Origin: an uncultured Gammaproteobacteria bacterium
GTDB lineage: Bacteria; Pseudomonadota; Gammaproteobacteria; Steroidobacterales; Foliamicaceae
Reading direction: 5' to 3'
Length of the DNA: 64,000 nt
NCBI GenBank assembly: GCA_951828235.1
Contig: OX639965.1
Location: 2,458,129-2,522,128, forward strand
Positions 45,572 through 55,838 of this stretch are shown in pieces. The stretch's first letter is position 1, and each line of letters begins with the position of its first letter. The position numbers and the translations under genes were made by a program. The notes beneath the pieces are model-generated. The model made no database searches and was not told where the DNA came from. It was given only the letters and a program-made list of their open reading frames with translations.

Positions 45572-46645
45572 ATGGATACGCGGGCGGATCATTCCGAAGA
45601 CAGCAGCCAACAGCGTCGCAGGCCCGTAGCCAGGGAGTTTTGGCGCGAAGGCGACGATGGACTGTTCAGTCAAAGCTGGTATCCCATCTGTCTTTCATCG
45701 GAAGCCAAACGAGGTGATATAGTCGGACGTCCGTTCCTGGACGGCGAAGTGATTGTGTTCCGGGGCCCCGATGGCCAGGCCCACGTTTTCAGCGCCTTTT
45801 GTTTGCACATGGGGGCCAACCTCAAAGAGGGTGACGTGGTGGATAACCGTATCCGCTGCCCCTATCACCATTGGGAATACGATGGCACCGGCAGCTGCGT
45901 CAAAACCGGCGCGGGAGATCCGCCACCCCCGTCAGCCCGCCTTTTTGAGTATCCCAGCCAGGAACGCTGGGGGCTGATTTTCGCCTTCAACGGTGAAGAG
46001 CCATTGTGGGACCTGCCCGACTTTCGCAACGTCGATGAAACCAGGCGTTACGAGGATAGTGAGTTATGCACGGCGGCCATCAAGCTGGATTACTTCCCGG
46101 ACGATCCGGCCCGCTGGGCACTTCCCCTCGATCCCTGGATGGTGATCACCAATCCCCTGGACTTTCAGCACTTCGTGACCGTGCACGAGATGACATTCAG
46201 AGACGCCAACCCGGAAAACGGCATTGTGTGGTCCGATCACTTCGCCGAGTTTCGCATCCTGTCCACCAACCGGTACGGAACGCCCTACGACAATCACCAG
46301 GGCATTTACGGAAACAACTGCCTCTATCTGAGTGGTGATCTTGACGGCAAGTGGTTCGGCTTTTTCGCCGCCCAGACCATTCCGAAACCGGGTTTCTCGG
46401 AAATCTACTTTGTCGCGGCAGCCGACAGGGGAGACGGTTCGCCCAAGGCGGAAAAAGAAGCGGCCAAATGGGCCGATTTCGTAATCAACATGGAAGTCGA
46501 CTTCTTTATGCAGGATATCCCTATCCTTCGCTCCCTCAATTTCAAGCCTGGTCTCCTGACCAGAATGGACACCGCCCTGTCTCGCCATATCGACTATTTG
46601 CAAAGTCAACCGCGGGCACATCCGGGAGCGGAGTTCATACGGTAA
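45572..46645 (+). CDS. Rieske [2Fe-2S] non-heme iron oxygenase, alpha-only type
   Basis: Rieske motif CLHMGANL...CPYHHWEY. 357 aa, similar in size to VanA/KshA-type oxygenases. Confidence 0.8.
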   Translation: MDTRADHSEDSSQQRRRPVAREFWREGDDGLFSQSWYPICLSSEAKRGDIVGRPFLDGEVIVFRGPDGQAHVFSAFCLHMGANLKEGDVVDNRIRCPYHHWEYDGTGSCVKTGAGDPPPPSARLFEYPSQERWGLIFAFNGEEPLWDLPDFRNVDETRRYEDSELCTAAIKLDYFPDDPARWALPLDPWMVITNPLDFQHFVTVHEMTFRDANPENGIVWSDHFAEFRILSTNRYGTPYDNHQGIYGNNCLYLSGDLDGKWFGFFAAQTIPKPGFSEIYFVAAADRGDGSPKAEKEAAKWADFVINMEVDFFMQDIPILRSLNFKPGLLTRMDTALSRHIDYLQSQPRAHPGAEFIR

Positions 46646-46785
46646 TCCGGGCGAACGTCTCCAAAGGGTCAATGATCTTGTTGCGGCTGACCGAATGACA
46701 CTCTCCGTGTCGGACGGCTGATAATCTTCGCCCCGGGGCGCGGTCCATGATCCGCGCCTGACGTACCGTTTGGTGGGAGGTTCCG

Positions 46786-47550
46786 GTGGACGAATTTTCG
46801 AAAAGAGTTGCTGTCGTTACGGGCGCGGCAAGGGGTTTGGGAGCTGCCTACGCACGCGCTTTGGCCGAACAGGGCGCCGCCGTCTCGGTGCTGGATGTGT
46901 TGGCCGACCAGGCTAAAGGCGTGGCGGAAGATATCGTATCCAGGGGCGGACGCGCACTGGCCGTGGAAACGGACGTTTCGGACCGCAACGCCTTTGGCGC
47001 GGCCGTGGACGCGACCATCAAGGAGTTTGGACAGGTCGACATCCTTATCAACAACGCCGGGTTCGGCACCACCGATCAAACCCACTGGGTGCCGTGGCAC
47101 GAATGGCCGGGAGAGGCATGGGACAAGGTCGTGGCCGTCAACATGCGCGGCTGCTTCTTCGGCGCCCAGGCGGTCGCGCCTCACATGATGGAGCGCGGTT
47201 GGGGACGGATCATCAACACGTCATCGGCCACCTTCTGGAGCCCCGTGGCCGAAGCCGTACATTACGTGGCCGCGAAGGGAGGCGTCATCGGCCTCACCCG
47301 GGCGTTGTCCAAGGGACTGGGCAATCACGGGGTCACGGTCAACACCCTGATGCCGGGGCTGACCCGCACCGAGCAGATGGACGGCATGTACCCGCCCGAA
47401 GTCTTCGAACAGTTCGCCAGGATGCGTTCGATTCAACGGGATGCGGTTCCCCAGGATCTGGTGGGGACGGTCCTGTACCTGTGTTCAACCGCCAGCGACT
47501 TTGTCACCGGCCAGGCTTTCATTGTGGACGGGGGACATATCTTTGACTGA
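46786..47550 (+). CDS. SDR-family oxidoreductase
   Basis: Motifs VAVVTGAARGLG, NNAG and YVAAKGG. GTG start. Confidence 0.85.
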   Translation: MDEFSKRVAVVTGAARGLGAAYARALAEQGAAVSVLDVLADQAKGVAEDIVSRGGRALAVETDVSDRNAFGAAVDATIKEFGQVDILINNAGFGTTDQTHWVPWHEWPGEAWDKVVAVNMRGCFFGAQAVAPHMMERGWGRIINTSSATFWSPVAEAVHYVAAKGGVIGLTRALSKGLGNHGVTVNTLMPGLTRTEQMDGMYPPEVFEQFARMRSIQRDAVPQDLVGTVLYLCSTASDFVTGQAFIVDGGHIFD

Positions 47551-48340
47551 ATACGAAAAAACCGCGCCAAATGCGTCCAGCGTATTGTCCGCTCGTGACC
47601 TCGACGGAAAGGTCGCGGTGATCACTGGGGGCGGGGGAGATATCGCCCGCCACTACGCCAGGGCCCTTGCCGAAGCAGGCGCGGCCATCGGTCTCATCGA
47701 CATCAAGCCGGACAAGGTGGCTGATGCCGCCGACGTGTTGACAAAGGCGGGACACAAGGCCTTGGGCCTGACTGCAGACGTGGGCAAAAAGAAACAGCTT
47801 CAGGAGGCCGTGGACAAGATCATCGACGGCTTTGGCGGCATCGATATTCTGGTCAACAACGCCGGCTATGCCACCACCATCGACTTTGTGGACATTCCGG
47901 AGGAAGAGTTCGACAAGGTTCTCGATGCAAACCTCAAGGGCGCATTTCTGTTAAGCCAGTTGGCGGTTCCCTTAATGAAACAGCGCGGCGGGGGCAAGAT
48001 TGTCAATCTCACTTCCACCGTGTCCAAGTCAGGGCCGGGAGACCTCGTCCATTACGTGGCCACCAAAAGCGGGATTATCGGCATGACCCGGGCCCTGGCC
48101 CGTGCCTTGGGGCCTTTGAATATCAACGTAAACGCCCTTGCCCCCGGCATGGTCGCAACCGAACCCATTATCGCGTTGTATCCCGGGGAAGTCCTCGACC
48201 GTTCCGCCGCGGGCAGATCCATCCAGCGTTGGGAATACGCGGAGGACCTGGTGGGGACACTGACGTTTCTTTGTTCCCCGGCCAGCGACTTCATGACCGG
48301 CCAGACCATCTTCGTCGATGGCGGCCATGTGTTCGATTGA
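47543..48340 (+). CDS. SDR-family oxidoreductase
   Basis: Motifs VAVITGGGGDIA, NNAG and YVATKSG. Start uncertain; TTG 47543 chosen. Confidence 0.8.
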   Translation: MTEYEKTAPNASSVLSARDLDGKVAVITGGGGDIARHYARALAEAGAAIGLIDIKPDKVADAADVLTKAGHKALGLTADVGKKKQLQEAVDKIIDGFGGIDILVNNAGYATTIDFVDIPEEEFDKVLDANLKGAFLLSQLAVPLMKQRGGGKIVNLTSTVSKSGPGDLVHYVATKSGIIGMTRALARALGPLNINVNALAPGMVATEPIIALYPGEVLDRSAAGRSIQRWEYAEDLVGTLTFLCSPASDFMTGQTIFVDGGHVFD

Positions 48341-48346
48341 CCGGCC

Positions 48347-49087
48347 ATGCCTCACGTTACAAACGATGCCCTGAAGTTGCACTACGAGACCGAAGGCGCC
48401 GGAGCGCCGGTCCTGTTCATGCATGGCTACACTTCCACCATCGCCCTCTGGCAGGATCAGGTTCCTGTTTTCAGCCCCGACTACCGGCTGATTCGCATGG
48501 ACCTGAGGGGTCATGGCGAAAGTGAGGGGACCGACATGGACGGCTATAACCTTGCCGCCCTGGCCGGGGATGCCCTGGCCGTCCTTGATCAGGAGGGCGT
48601 TGAACGGGCCACGATCGTCGGTCACTCCATGGGCGGCATGGTTGCGCAGGAACTCCTCGCCCGCCACGGAGACCGTGTCAGCGCTGCCGTTTTCAGCAGC
48701 ACCACCTGTAAGGCGCCCCTGCGGGAATACTTTGAGCCGGTCGTGGAGTGGGCCGTAAGGCTCGGCGATCTCCCCGCCGGGGAGCGCGCCGCTGATCCCC
48801 TGACGCGCAGTTGCAAGCCCGTTTCCGAGGCCACCGCCCGGGGCTGTGGGGAAATGCACATGAACATGGAGAACTTCGCCGACTCGTTGAAAGGCAGCGC
48901 CACGCCATGTCTTGTCATCCGGGGCAGCGAAGAATCAGGCACCATCCTCAGCGGCTCGTCAGTGCTTCTCGATGTGCTGCCCAATGCGCAAGAGGCGGTT
49001 GTTGAAGGGGCCGGCCACGTGCCCCAGATCACCCATCCCGCCGCATACAACGACGTTCTGGCCCGTTTCTTGCGCCAGGTGCACTAG
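48347..49087 (+). CDS. alpha/beta hydrolase
   Basis: Motif FMHGYTSTIALW and nucleophile elbow GHSMGG. Confidence 0.75.
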   Translation: MPHVTNDALKLHYETEGAGAPVLFMHGYTSTIALWQDQVPVFSPDYRLIRMDLRGHGESEGTDMDGYNLAALAGDALAVLDQEGVERATIVGHSMGGMVAQELLARHGDRVSAAVFSSTTCKAPLREYFEPVVEWAVRLGDLPAGERAADPLTRSCKPVSEATARGCGEMHMNMENFADSLKGSATPCLVIRGSEESGTILSGSSVLLDVLPNAQEAVVEGAGHVPQITHPAAYNDVLARFLRQVH

Positions 49088-49153
49088 TATGCGGGCCTCA
49101 TACAGCTTCCAATTGCCCCAGGCACTAATCTCTAAGGGTCTGACCCACAAACC

Positions 49154-50392
49154 ATGGCGTTTGCCCGGACGGTAGCCCGACTGCCCGTCTTTTACGGATG
49201 GGTCATCGTCGGATGCATGTTCCTGCTGTTGTGGACGGCCCATGGCCTGACGCTGGCGGGAATTCCGGTATTTGACGAACTGATACTTGAAGAACTGGGC
49301 ATATCGCGCGGAACGCTGAAGTTTCGTGACTTCATTACGGTGATGTGCGCCGGGCTTTCAGGACCGTTGGTGGGCTACTTTGCCGACCGCTACGGCGCCC
49401 GCCCTGTGATTTTTGCCGGGCTCCTATTCCTCAGCGCCGCGCTGTTTCTTTATTCAACCATTTCCAGCCCGACGCATATCTATTTGATCCACGTGCTCAT
49501 AGGCCTGTGCATCTCGGCCACTAACATAGTCGTCATCGTCGTTCTGTTGTCCAACTGGTTTGTTACCAAGCGTGGCATTGCTCTGGGAGTGGCTCTGGCC
49601 GGAACCAGTCTCGGCAGCGCTCTTCTCCCCCAACTCAGCGCATGGCTAATCGGTCAGATGCACTGGCGCGACGCCGTTCAAATTTTGGGCTGCCTGCCCA
49701 TCGTGCTCATACCGGTTCTCTACTTTCTGGTCCGTGAAAGACCCGCCGATCTAGGTGTGCAGCCGCTCGGTGGTGAAGCGGCACCTCGAACCGCTCCCGC
49801 GGGATCGCGCGATATCGACATGAGCGAAGTGTGGGCCCAGGTCAGAACCTTCAATTTTGTTCTGCTGGCCGTGATTGCGGCTTTCATCTTCTATGCCGCC
49901 AATGCGTTTATCCAGCACACCTTCCTTTATCTGCGCGATCAGGGTTTCGAGCCGGGCACCGCGGCAACGGGTTTTACCATCATCTTTATCTCTGGTCTTA
50001 TCGGCAAGATCGCCTCCGGGTTTCTGGCGGAGAAATGGGGCGTCAAGCCCATCTGGATCGGGTTTCAGGCTCTCATATTGGCCGGCGCTCTTGTCATGAT
50101 CTTCCAGGGCGCGGAAGGCGCCTGGATCGGACTGTCCTGTATCGGTTTTGGCTGGGGCGGCGCCTATGCACTGACCCAACTGACCATTTCCAACACCTTT
50201 TCGCCCCACGCCCTGGGCCGACTGATGGGGCTGTTTGTAATTATCGAGGCTGTCGGCGCCGGCTCGGGAAGCTGGCTCACCGGCGTGTTGTTCGATAACC
50301 AGGGTTCCTATGACCTGGCGTTTCTCTTGACCGTGGGCTTTATGGTGGTCGCCATCATCGGCACACGTTTTCTCAAGGCAGGTCCGCCTTGA
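49154..50392 (+). CDS. MFS transporter
   Basis: 412 aa with about 12 hydrophobic segments. Confidence 0.8.
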   Translation: MAFARTVARLPVFYGWVIVGCMFLLLWTAHGLTLAGIPVFDELILEELGISRGTLKFRDFITVMCAGLSGPLVGYFADRYGARPVIFAGLLFLSAALFLYSTISSPTHIYLIHVLIGLCISATNIVVIVVLLSNWFVTKRGIALGVALAGTSLGSALLPQLSAWLIGQMHWRDAVQILGCLPIVLIPVLYFLVRERPADLGVQPLGGEAAPRTAPAGSRDIDMSEVWAQVRTFNFVLLAVIAAFIFYAANAFIQHTFLYLRDQGFEPGTAATGFTIIFISGLIGKIASGFLAEKWGVKPIWIGFQALILAGALVMIFQGAEGAWIGLSCIGFGWGGAYALTQLTISNTFSPHALGRLMGLFVIIEAVGAGSGSWLTGVLFDNQGSYDLAFLLTVGFMVVAIIGTRFLKAGPP

Positions 50393-50546
50393 TCGAGGTG
50401 CCCGCGCTCTTCCATAGACGCACCGATCGGCAACCGCGGACACGCACCCGGGCTCAACGGGCCGGACGCGCTTGCCGCCATCGATCGGTTTCTGGCTTCG
50501 GTTACCTGAGCCGTTACCATTGGCGTTTTTTCGACCGGTGACAACC

Positions 50547-51518
50547 ATGAAATACTTTCCTCTTTTCGTTGCATTGATGGGTGTGTCTTTTGCGGCTGCA
50601 GCGCAAGGCCCCGTTCAGATCAGCCTGGAAGATCTTCGGAAAAAATACGCAGATGACGGGTCCCGGTTCGTGACCATCGACGGCGCCGAAATTCATTACC
50701 GCGATGAAGGGCAGGGCCCGGTCGTCTTCCTGCTTCACGCCTCGTACTTCAATCTTCTGGCCTGGGACCAGCTGACGGAAGAACTTGTAAGCGACCACCG
50801 GGTCATTCGACTGGATTTTCCGAATGTGGGACTGAGCGGGCCGGAGACAAAGGAACCGCCGGGCGGCAAGTTCAACCTGATCGAGCGCAACGTGGAGATC
50901 GTCAGCGGACTGGTCGAGAAACTTGATCTCGACCAGTTTGCCCTGGTCGCGACGTCCAGCGGTGGCAGCGTGGGGTTCCGTTACGCGTCACGATTCCCGG
51001 AACATGTCACTCGGCTTGTGCTCATCAATTCCGCGGGCATGCCCCGAACGGCGCGCACGGACCCGAACCGGGCGCGCCCGGAAGTCGCCCAATGGGATGA
51101 CATGCCGGTCAAGCCCCGCGAGTTCTGGGAGTTTTCGGTCAACCAGAATTTCCCTTCGGATGCTGACGCGCCTGGCTGGTTTGTTGATCTTGCCTACGAC
51201 GTGAACCGCCGCAAGGAAACGACGCCGATTACAAAGTACTTTTTCGAGACCGGCGATCCTCAGACGATCCTTTCCGGGATACAGGCGCCGACGTTAATCC
51301 TGTGGGGCAAGGCGAACACGACCGTCATGCACCTGGAAGGGGATGTCTTTCAACACTGGATGACGTCCGCCCCGACCTTCCTCAAGAAATATGAAGGATT
51401 GGGGCACTACCCCTATGTCGAAGCCCCGGAGCGGGTTATCCCGGATATTGCACAGTTTCTCTCCGGCGCGTGGGACGAAAGGTTGAGGCAAACGCAGCGG
51501 GTCAAGGTGACGCCATAG
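50547..51518 (+). CDS. secreted alpha/beta hydrolase
   Basis: Signal peptide MKYFPLFVALMGVSFAAAAQG. Motifs FLLHASYFN and VATSSGGSVG. Confidence 0.7.
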   Translation: MKYFPLFVALMGVSFAAAAQGPVQISLEDLRKKYADDGSRFVTIDGAEIHYRDEGQGPVVFLLHASYFNLLAWDQLTEELVSDHRVIRLDFPNVGLSGPETKEPPGGKFNLIERNVEIVSGLVEKLDLDQFALVATSSGGSVGFRYASRFPEHVTRLVLINSAGMPRTARTDPNRARPEVAQWDDMPVKPREFWEFSVNQNFPSDADAPGWFVDLAYDVNRRKETTPITKYFFETGDPQTILSGIQAPTLILWGKANTTVMHLEGDVFQHWMTSAPTFLKKYEGLGHYPYVEAPERVIPDIAQFLSGAWDERLRQTQRVKVTP

Positions 51519-51586
51519 GATATTCTCACGCCGCAATCAGTCGCGCCAATTCGCGTCGAGACCTTGATAATCCCTCCCCCGGGGGG

Positions 51587-51853
51587 TCAGGCTGCTTGCC
51601 GAAGTCGTTCCTGTGCCAGGTCGTAGGCTGCCTGGAGACGCATCCAGTGGCTTGCATTGCTCCACCCCATGCGCTCCAGCGCCAAGGCCATGGCTGGCGA
51701 AATTCCAGCCTTTCCGTTGAGTAATCGGGATAGCGCCTGCCGTGTGCAACCCAGCCGCACTGCCGCCTCAGTCACCGTTAGTCCACCTGCGGCAAGGTCA
51801 TCGCGCAATGTCTCGCCAGGATGGCAGGGATTCTTCATTGCCATAGTAGGCAC
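51587..51853 (-). CDS. higA: HigA-family antitoxin (XRE HTH)
   Basis: MKNPCHPGETLRDDL...LTVTEAAVRLGCTRQALSRLLNGKAGISPAMALAL. Confidence 0.8.
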   Translation of the reverse strand: MPTMAMKNPCHPGETLRDDLAAGGLTVTEAAVRLGCTRQALSRLLNGKAGISPAMALALERMGWSNASHWMRLQAAYDLAQERLRQAA

Positions 51854-51862
51854 TCTCCTCGT

Positions 51863-52138
51863 CTAGTGGTAGTCCATCAGATCTACATCCACCGCCTCGT
51901 TGCTTTCGAATCGGAACACAACGCGCCAGTTCCCCGATACGCTGATGCTCCATAATCCTGCCATGCCGCCCTTGCGCCGACGCACGCGATATCCGGGGCG
52001 GGTGGCAAGATCACCGGGATTCCGAGCCTCGTCCAGCACGGTCAGTACGCGCCGCAACCTCGGTATCAGTTTACTCGGCACTCCTTCCGCACGATCCTGC
52101 TCGGCCAACATGCGCAGTCCCTTGTGCTTGATCTGCAT
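51863..52138 (-). CDS. higB: HigB-like (RelE/ParE superfamily) toxin
   Basis: MQIKHKGLRMLAE...GLWSISVSGNWRVVFRFESNEAVDVDLMDYH. Confidence 0.75.
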   Translation of the reverse strand: MQIKHKGLRMLAEQDRAEGVPSKLIPRLRRVLTVLDEARNPGDLATRPGYRVRRRKGGMAGLWSISVSGNWRVVFRFESNEAVDVDLMDYH

Positions 52139-52160
52139 TCCGTCGACTGGCAATGTCCAG

Positions 52161-52493
52161 CCGGTCGAACTGGTGGTCAACCAGGTTGCGCCGCCGAATC
52201 ACTTCTACCACAAGGACGTGCTGGTTCCCTGGGCCGGGGATGTCGCGCGGATCACGCAGGGCCGGGTCAGGCTGAGGTTCAGCGTTGCGCCGCTGGGCAG
52301 CTATCGGCGCAACTTCGACATGGCCTGGGCCGGCCTGGTGGATATTGTGGGTGGCAACCAGAGTTCGACGCCGGGCCGCGTGGTAACGCAGGTCAATGAA
52401 ACGCCGTTTCTGGCCAGCAGCGACGTCGAGGCCCTCTCGGTCGCCTTGTCGCGCACGCACGAGCGCTTTCTCCACCGGGCGGCGGTCTTCTAG
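52161..52493 (+). pseudogene. internal fragment of a TRAP-type (DctP-like) substrate-binding protein gene
   Basis: PVELVVNQVAPPNHFYHKDVLVPWAGDVARITQGRVRLRF...LVDIVGG...ETPFLASS. No start or signal peptide, and only about 110 codons. Confidence 0.5.
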
Positions 52494-52523
52494 GCGGCTG
52501 CGCGTTTATCCTTGCCGGCCTCC

Positions 52524-53942
52524 ATGGGGACTTTACCGGCACACCGCGCACGCTTGCCCGAGTTGGCGGCGGCACTGCTGCTGGCCGCGGGCTGCGCGGG
52601 GCCCGATGTGCAGGCGCCGGACAATTCGACGGCAGACACCCTGCAGCCTGCGCCCGGCACTCCCGCCGACTACACCGGGCCGCCGCCGAATATCGTCCTT
52701 ATCCTCGCTGACGATCTCGGCTACGGCGACATCGGCGCGTACGGCGCTCGAAGGATCAGCACGCCGAACATCGACCGGCTGGCCAATTCCGGACTGCGGT
52801 TCACACAGGGTTATTCGAGCGCCAACGTCTGTTCCCCGTCGCGCGCCGGGTTGATGACGGGCCGCTACGCGATCCGCTCGGGGCTGGCCTGGAAAGTGGT
52901 GGACGCGGAATCGACCCACGGCCTGCCCCATGCGGAGGAAACGCTCGGCGAACTGGTGAAACGGCGGGGCTACGAGACGCTCTACGTCGGCAAGTGGCAT
53001 CTCGGCAATTTTCCCGAGTACCGTCCGCAAGAGCATGGATTCGACGGTTTCTTCGGGGCGCCGGCAAGCAACGACATGCCGAATTTCGCGCTGTATGACG
53101 GCGATGCCCGTGCAGAGCATCCGGTCGACCAGAGCACGCTTACCCGCAGGTACACGGACCGTGCGGTGCGTTTTATTGCGGAGAACTCGACCACGCCTTT
53201 CATGCTCTTCCTGGCGCATACCTTTCCGCACATACCGCTGTACGCTTCCGGGGAATTTCGCGGAAAGTCCGGTGCCGGGCTGTACGGCGATACGGTTGAA
53301 GAACTGGACTGGAGCACCGGGCGGCTTCTCGCGGCGCTCGAGGAGCATGGCGTTTCGGACAACACGCTGGTCATCTTCACCAGCGACAACGGCCCTTTCT
53401 TTGAAGGCGGGACCGGCGGGCTCAGGGGCGGCAAGGGAACTTCCTGGGACGGCGGCTACCGGGTGCCGCTGATTGCGAGCTGGCCCGAGGTCATCGCTCC
53501 CGGCCGTACGACCGGCGCCGTGACCATGAACATCGATGTGCTGCCGACCATCGCCGAAATCCTTGGCCTTGCGCCGGCGGCGGCGGTTGTGGACGGACGC
53601 AGCCTGCTGTCCGTATTCAGGGGCGCGGACGAGAGCCCGCACGATTTCCTGTATTACTTCAACAACGAGCGCGTGATCGGCGTGCGCTCGCAGGACTGGA
53701 AATACGTGACCCATGCGTACTACCTGGGCAGCCTGGGCGCCTTCGAGAAATTCGACCAGCTTCCCGGTTTCGCGGCGCCGTACGAGATGCTGCTGGATGC
53801 CGACGGCATCGATGGCGAGGCCTACAGCTACGCGGACCGCTTTCCGGGCATACTGAATGAACACAAGGAGGCGCTCGCGAGCGCCCGGCGGCAATTCGAC
53901 CCGTTGCGCAGGCGTGACCTTGAGGCAACGTATCCCCGCTAG
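52524..53942 (+). CDS. arylsulfatase (formylglycine-dependent), lipoprotein-type leader
   Basis: Motifs LADDLGYGDIGAYG and CSPSRAGLMTGRY (C-x-P-x-R). Leader ..LLLAAGCAG. Confidence 0.9.
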   Translation: MGTLPAHRARLPELAAALLLAAGCAGPDVQAPDNSTADTLQPAPGTPADYTGPPPNIVLILADDLGYGDIGAYGARRISTPNIDRLANSGLRFTQGYSSANVCSPSRAGLMTGRYAIRSGLAWKVVDAESTHGLPHAEETLGELVKRRGYETLYVGKWHLGNFPEYRPQEHGFDGFFGAPASNDMPNFALYDGDARAEHPVDQSTLTRRYTDRAVRFIAENSTTPFMLFLAHTFPHIPLYASGEFRGKSGAGLYGDTVEELDWSTGRLLAALEEHGVSDNTLVIFTSDNGPFFEGGTGGLRGGKGTSWDGGYRVPLIASWPEVIAPGRTTGAVTMNIDVLPTIAEILGLAPAAAVVDGRSLLSVFRGADESPHDFLYYFNNERVIGVRSQDWKYVTHAYYLGSLGAFEKFDQLPGFAAPYEMLLDADGIDGEAYSYADRFPGILNEHKEALASARRQFDPLRRRDLEATYPR

Positions 53943-54078
53943 CGGGGAATGGGGGAGAGATGAACGGGGAACGACCCACTGGAAAAGCGCTGACCGGCGC
54001 ACTGACCGAAATGCTTGAAAGCACTCGCGTCGCCGTCCGGAAAATGGCCCGGGCGAGCCGGTATTGAGCGCGCGGCTG

Positions 54079-54966
54079 ATGTTGCCCCGCTTGCGAAAAA
54101 CACTGGCTGCAGGGCTGGCGTTCTGGGCCGCGCTGGCATGCGGCTGCGGCGAAACAGCGGCTCCCGGAGCGCCGGAAATGCTGCTGCTGCCCGGCGGAGA
54201 ATTCACCATGGGCGCCAACGGCGGCCTGCCCTTCGAGGGCCCGGAGCACAGGGTCGCGCTGGACGCCTTTCTTCTCGATCGGAACGAAGTGACGAACGCC
54301 CAGTTCGCTGAATTCACGGAAGCAACCGGATATGTGACCGAATCCGAAAGACTGGGCTGGTCCGGGGTCTTCGACCCGCAGCGCAGTGGGTGGACGAAGG
54401 GCGACGGCGCCGACTGGCGCCATCCTTCCGGTCCCGGCTCGTCGTACCGGGAAATGAACGATTACCCGGTCGTGCACGTTTCCTGGTTCGATGCCGTCGC
54501 CTATTGCGAGTGGCGGGGAGCCCGCCTGCCCACCGAAGCGGAATTCGAATACGCGGCGCGTGGAGCACTCGAGGACGCCCGCTATGCCTGGGGAAACCAG
54601 CTCACGCCCGGCGGCGCCCACCAGGCGAATCTATGGCAGGGCGAGTTCCCGTTCGAAGACCGCGGACACGACGGTTACCCGGGCCTGGCGCCGGTCGGGA
54701 CCTTTCCTCCAAACGGGTACGGGCTCCATGACATGACAGGCAACGTCTGGGAGTGGGTCCAGGATTGGTACGCGCCGGACTATTTCACCCGTTCGCCGGC
54801 GAAAAACCCGCTGGGTCCCGCCAGCGGGACGCAGAAGGTGCATCGCGGCGGCAGCTGGCTGTGCAGCGAGAACTACTGCCGCGGATACCGCCTGGAAGCC
54901 CGTATGATGACTCCGCCCGACTCGGGCCTGAACAACCTGGGGTTTCGTTGCGCGGCCGACCTGTGA
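54079..54966 (+). CDS. formylglycine-generating enzyme
   Basis: Motifs LPGGEFTMG, HVSWFDAVAYCEW, GLHDMTGNVWEW and RGGSWLCSENYCRGYR. Leader ..ALACGCG. Confidence 0.85.
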   Translation: MLPRLRKTLAAGLAFWAALACGCGETAAPGAPEMLLLPGGEFTMGANGGLPFEGPEHRVALDAFLLDRNEVTNAQFAEFTEATGYVTESERLGWSGVFDPQRSGWTKGDGADWRHPSGPGSSYREMNDYPVVHVSWFDAVAYCEWRGARLPTEAEFEYAARGALEDARYAWGNQLTPGGAHQANLWQGEFPFEDRGHDGYPGLAPVGTFPPNGYGLHDMTGNVWEWVQDWYAPDYFTRSPAKNPLGPASGTQKVHRGGSWLCSENYCRGYRLEARMMTPPDSGLNNLGFRCAADL

Positions 54967-55021
54967 AGCGGATACGCCCAGGCCGCAGGACGGGTGATCC
55001 CGGCCCGGCTCCGGCGCGCCG

Positions 55022-55684
55022 TCACCAGGGTTTCGCGGTTCCCAGGTAAGCGGCGATCAGCGCCATCGCCAGAATGCTGTGGCTGCCCCATTGGGCCCGG
55101 CGTATCGTATCGATCAACTGCTGCGGGTCCGCTGCCGTGCCGGCAGCGGCATCGAATGAAGCGAACCGCACGGCCTTTGTCTGCCAGCGGATCCAGCCGC
55201 TGATGACCAGGATCAGCCCGAACAGCAGTACCTTGGCGGCCAGCCAGTTGCTCTGAATCATGCTGGCGCCGGCAAAGCTGCTGAATGCGTCGTAAACATT
55301 GCCCAGTCCGATGACGATGCGCAGCACGCACTCCGATTTGTAGATGCGCTGCGCCCATTTCGATGGGGCGCCCAATTCCGCCGCCAGTGCCATCCCCAGC
55401 CAGCCCAGTCCCAGTCCCCAAGTGGCGTACAGCCAGGCATTTGACGTCAGGGTCCACACGCCAAGCGCGTTGCCGAGCTGCACGCCCAGCGGCAGAAGCA
55501 GGATCAGCATTACCGCGGAGGTGGCGTCGGCGCAGCGCTTGATTCGCAACGCCATCGCGCGGGCGGCGTCTGAGGCTGCGGGCCCCCGGGCCATGCGCAG
55601 CGCATAAAGCGCCGGCAGTTCGATGCCCACGATTACCGCGAACACCAGAATGTGCAGAAAGTTGAAGATGCCGTATGCAGTCAT
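55022..55684 (-). CDS. polytopic membrane protein, function unknown
   Basis: Hydrophobic ORF. Start chosen at MTAYGIFNFLHILVF. Confidence 0.45.
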   Translation of the reverse strand: MTAYGIFNFLHILVFAVIVGIELPALYALRMARGPAASDAARAMALRIKRCADATSAVMLILLLPLGVQLGNALGVWTLTSNAWLYATWGLGLGWLGMALAAELGAPSKWAQRIYKSECVLRIVIGLGNVYDAFSSFAGASMIQSNWLAAKVLLFGLILVISGWIRWQTKAVRFASFDAAAGTAADPQQLIDTIRRAQWGSHSILAMALIAAYLGTAKPW

Positions 55685-55838
55685 GGTTCGATCCTGTTTT
55701 GTGCATGGAACGGCTGCCGTCATTCAAGCTTCCAGCGAACCGCCAGTTCGCGGCGTGACGACAGGCCAGCGTGGGACATAATGCCTGAATACGCCCCGGC
55801 GTCCCACGGGCGGGAGGTCCAAGGCGGGAGGTCCAAGC

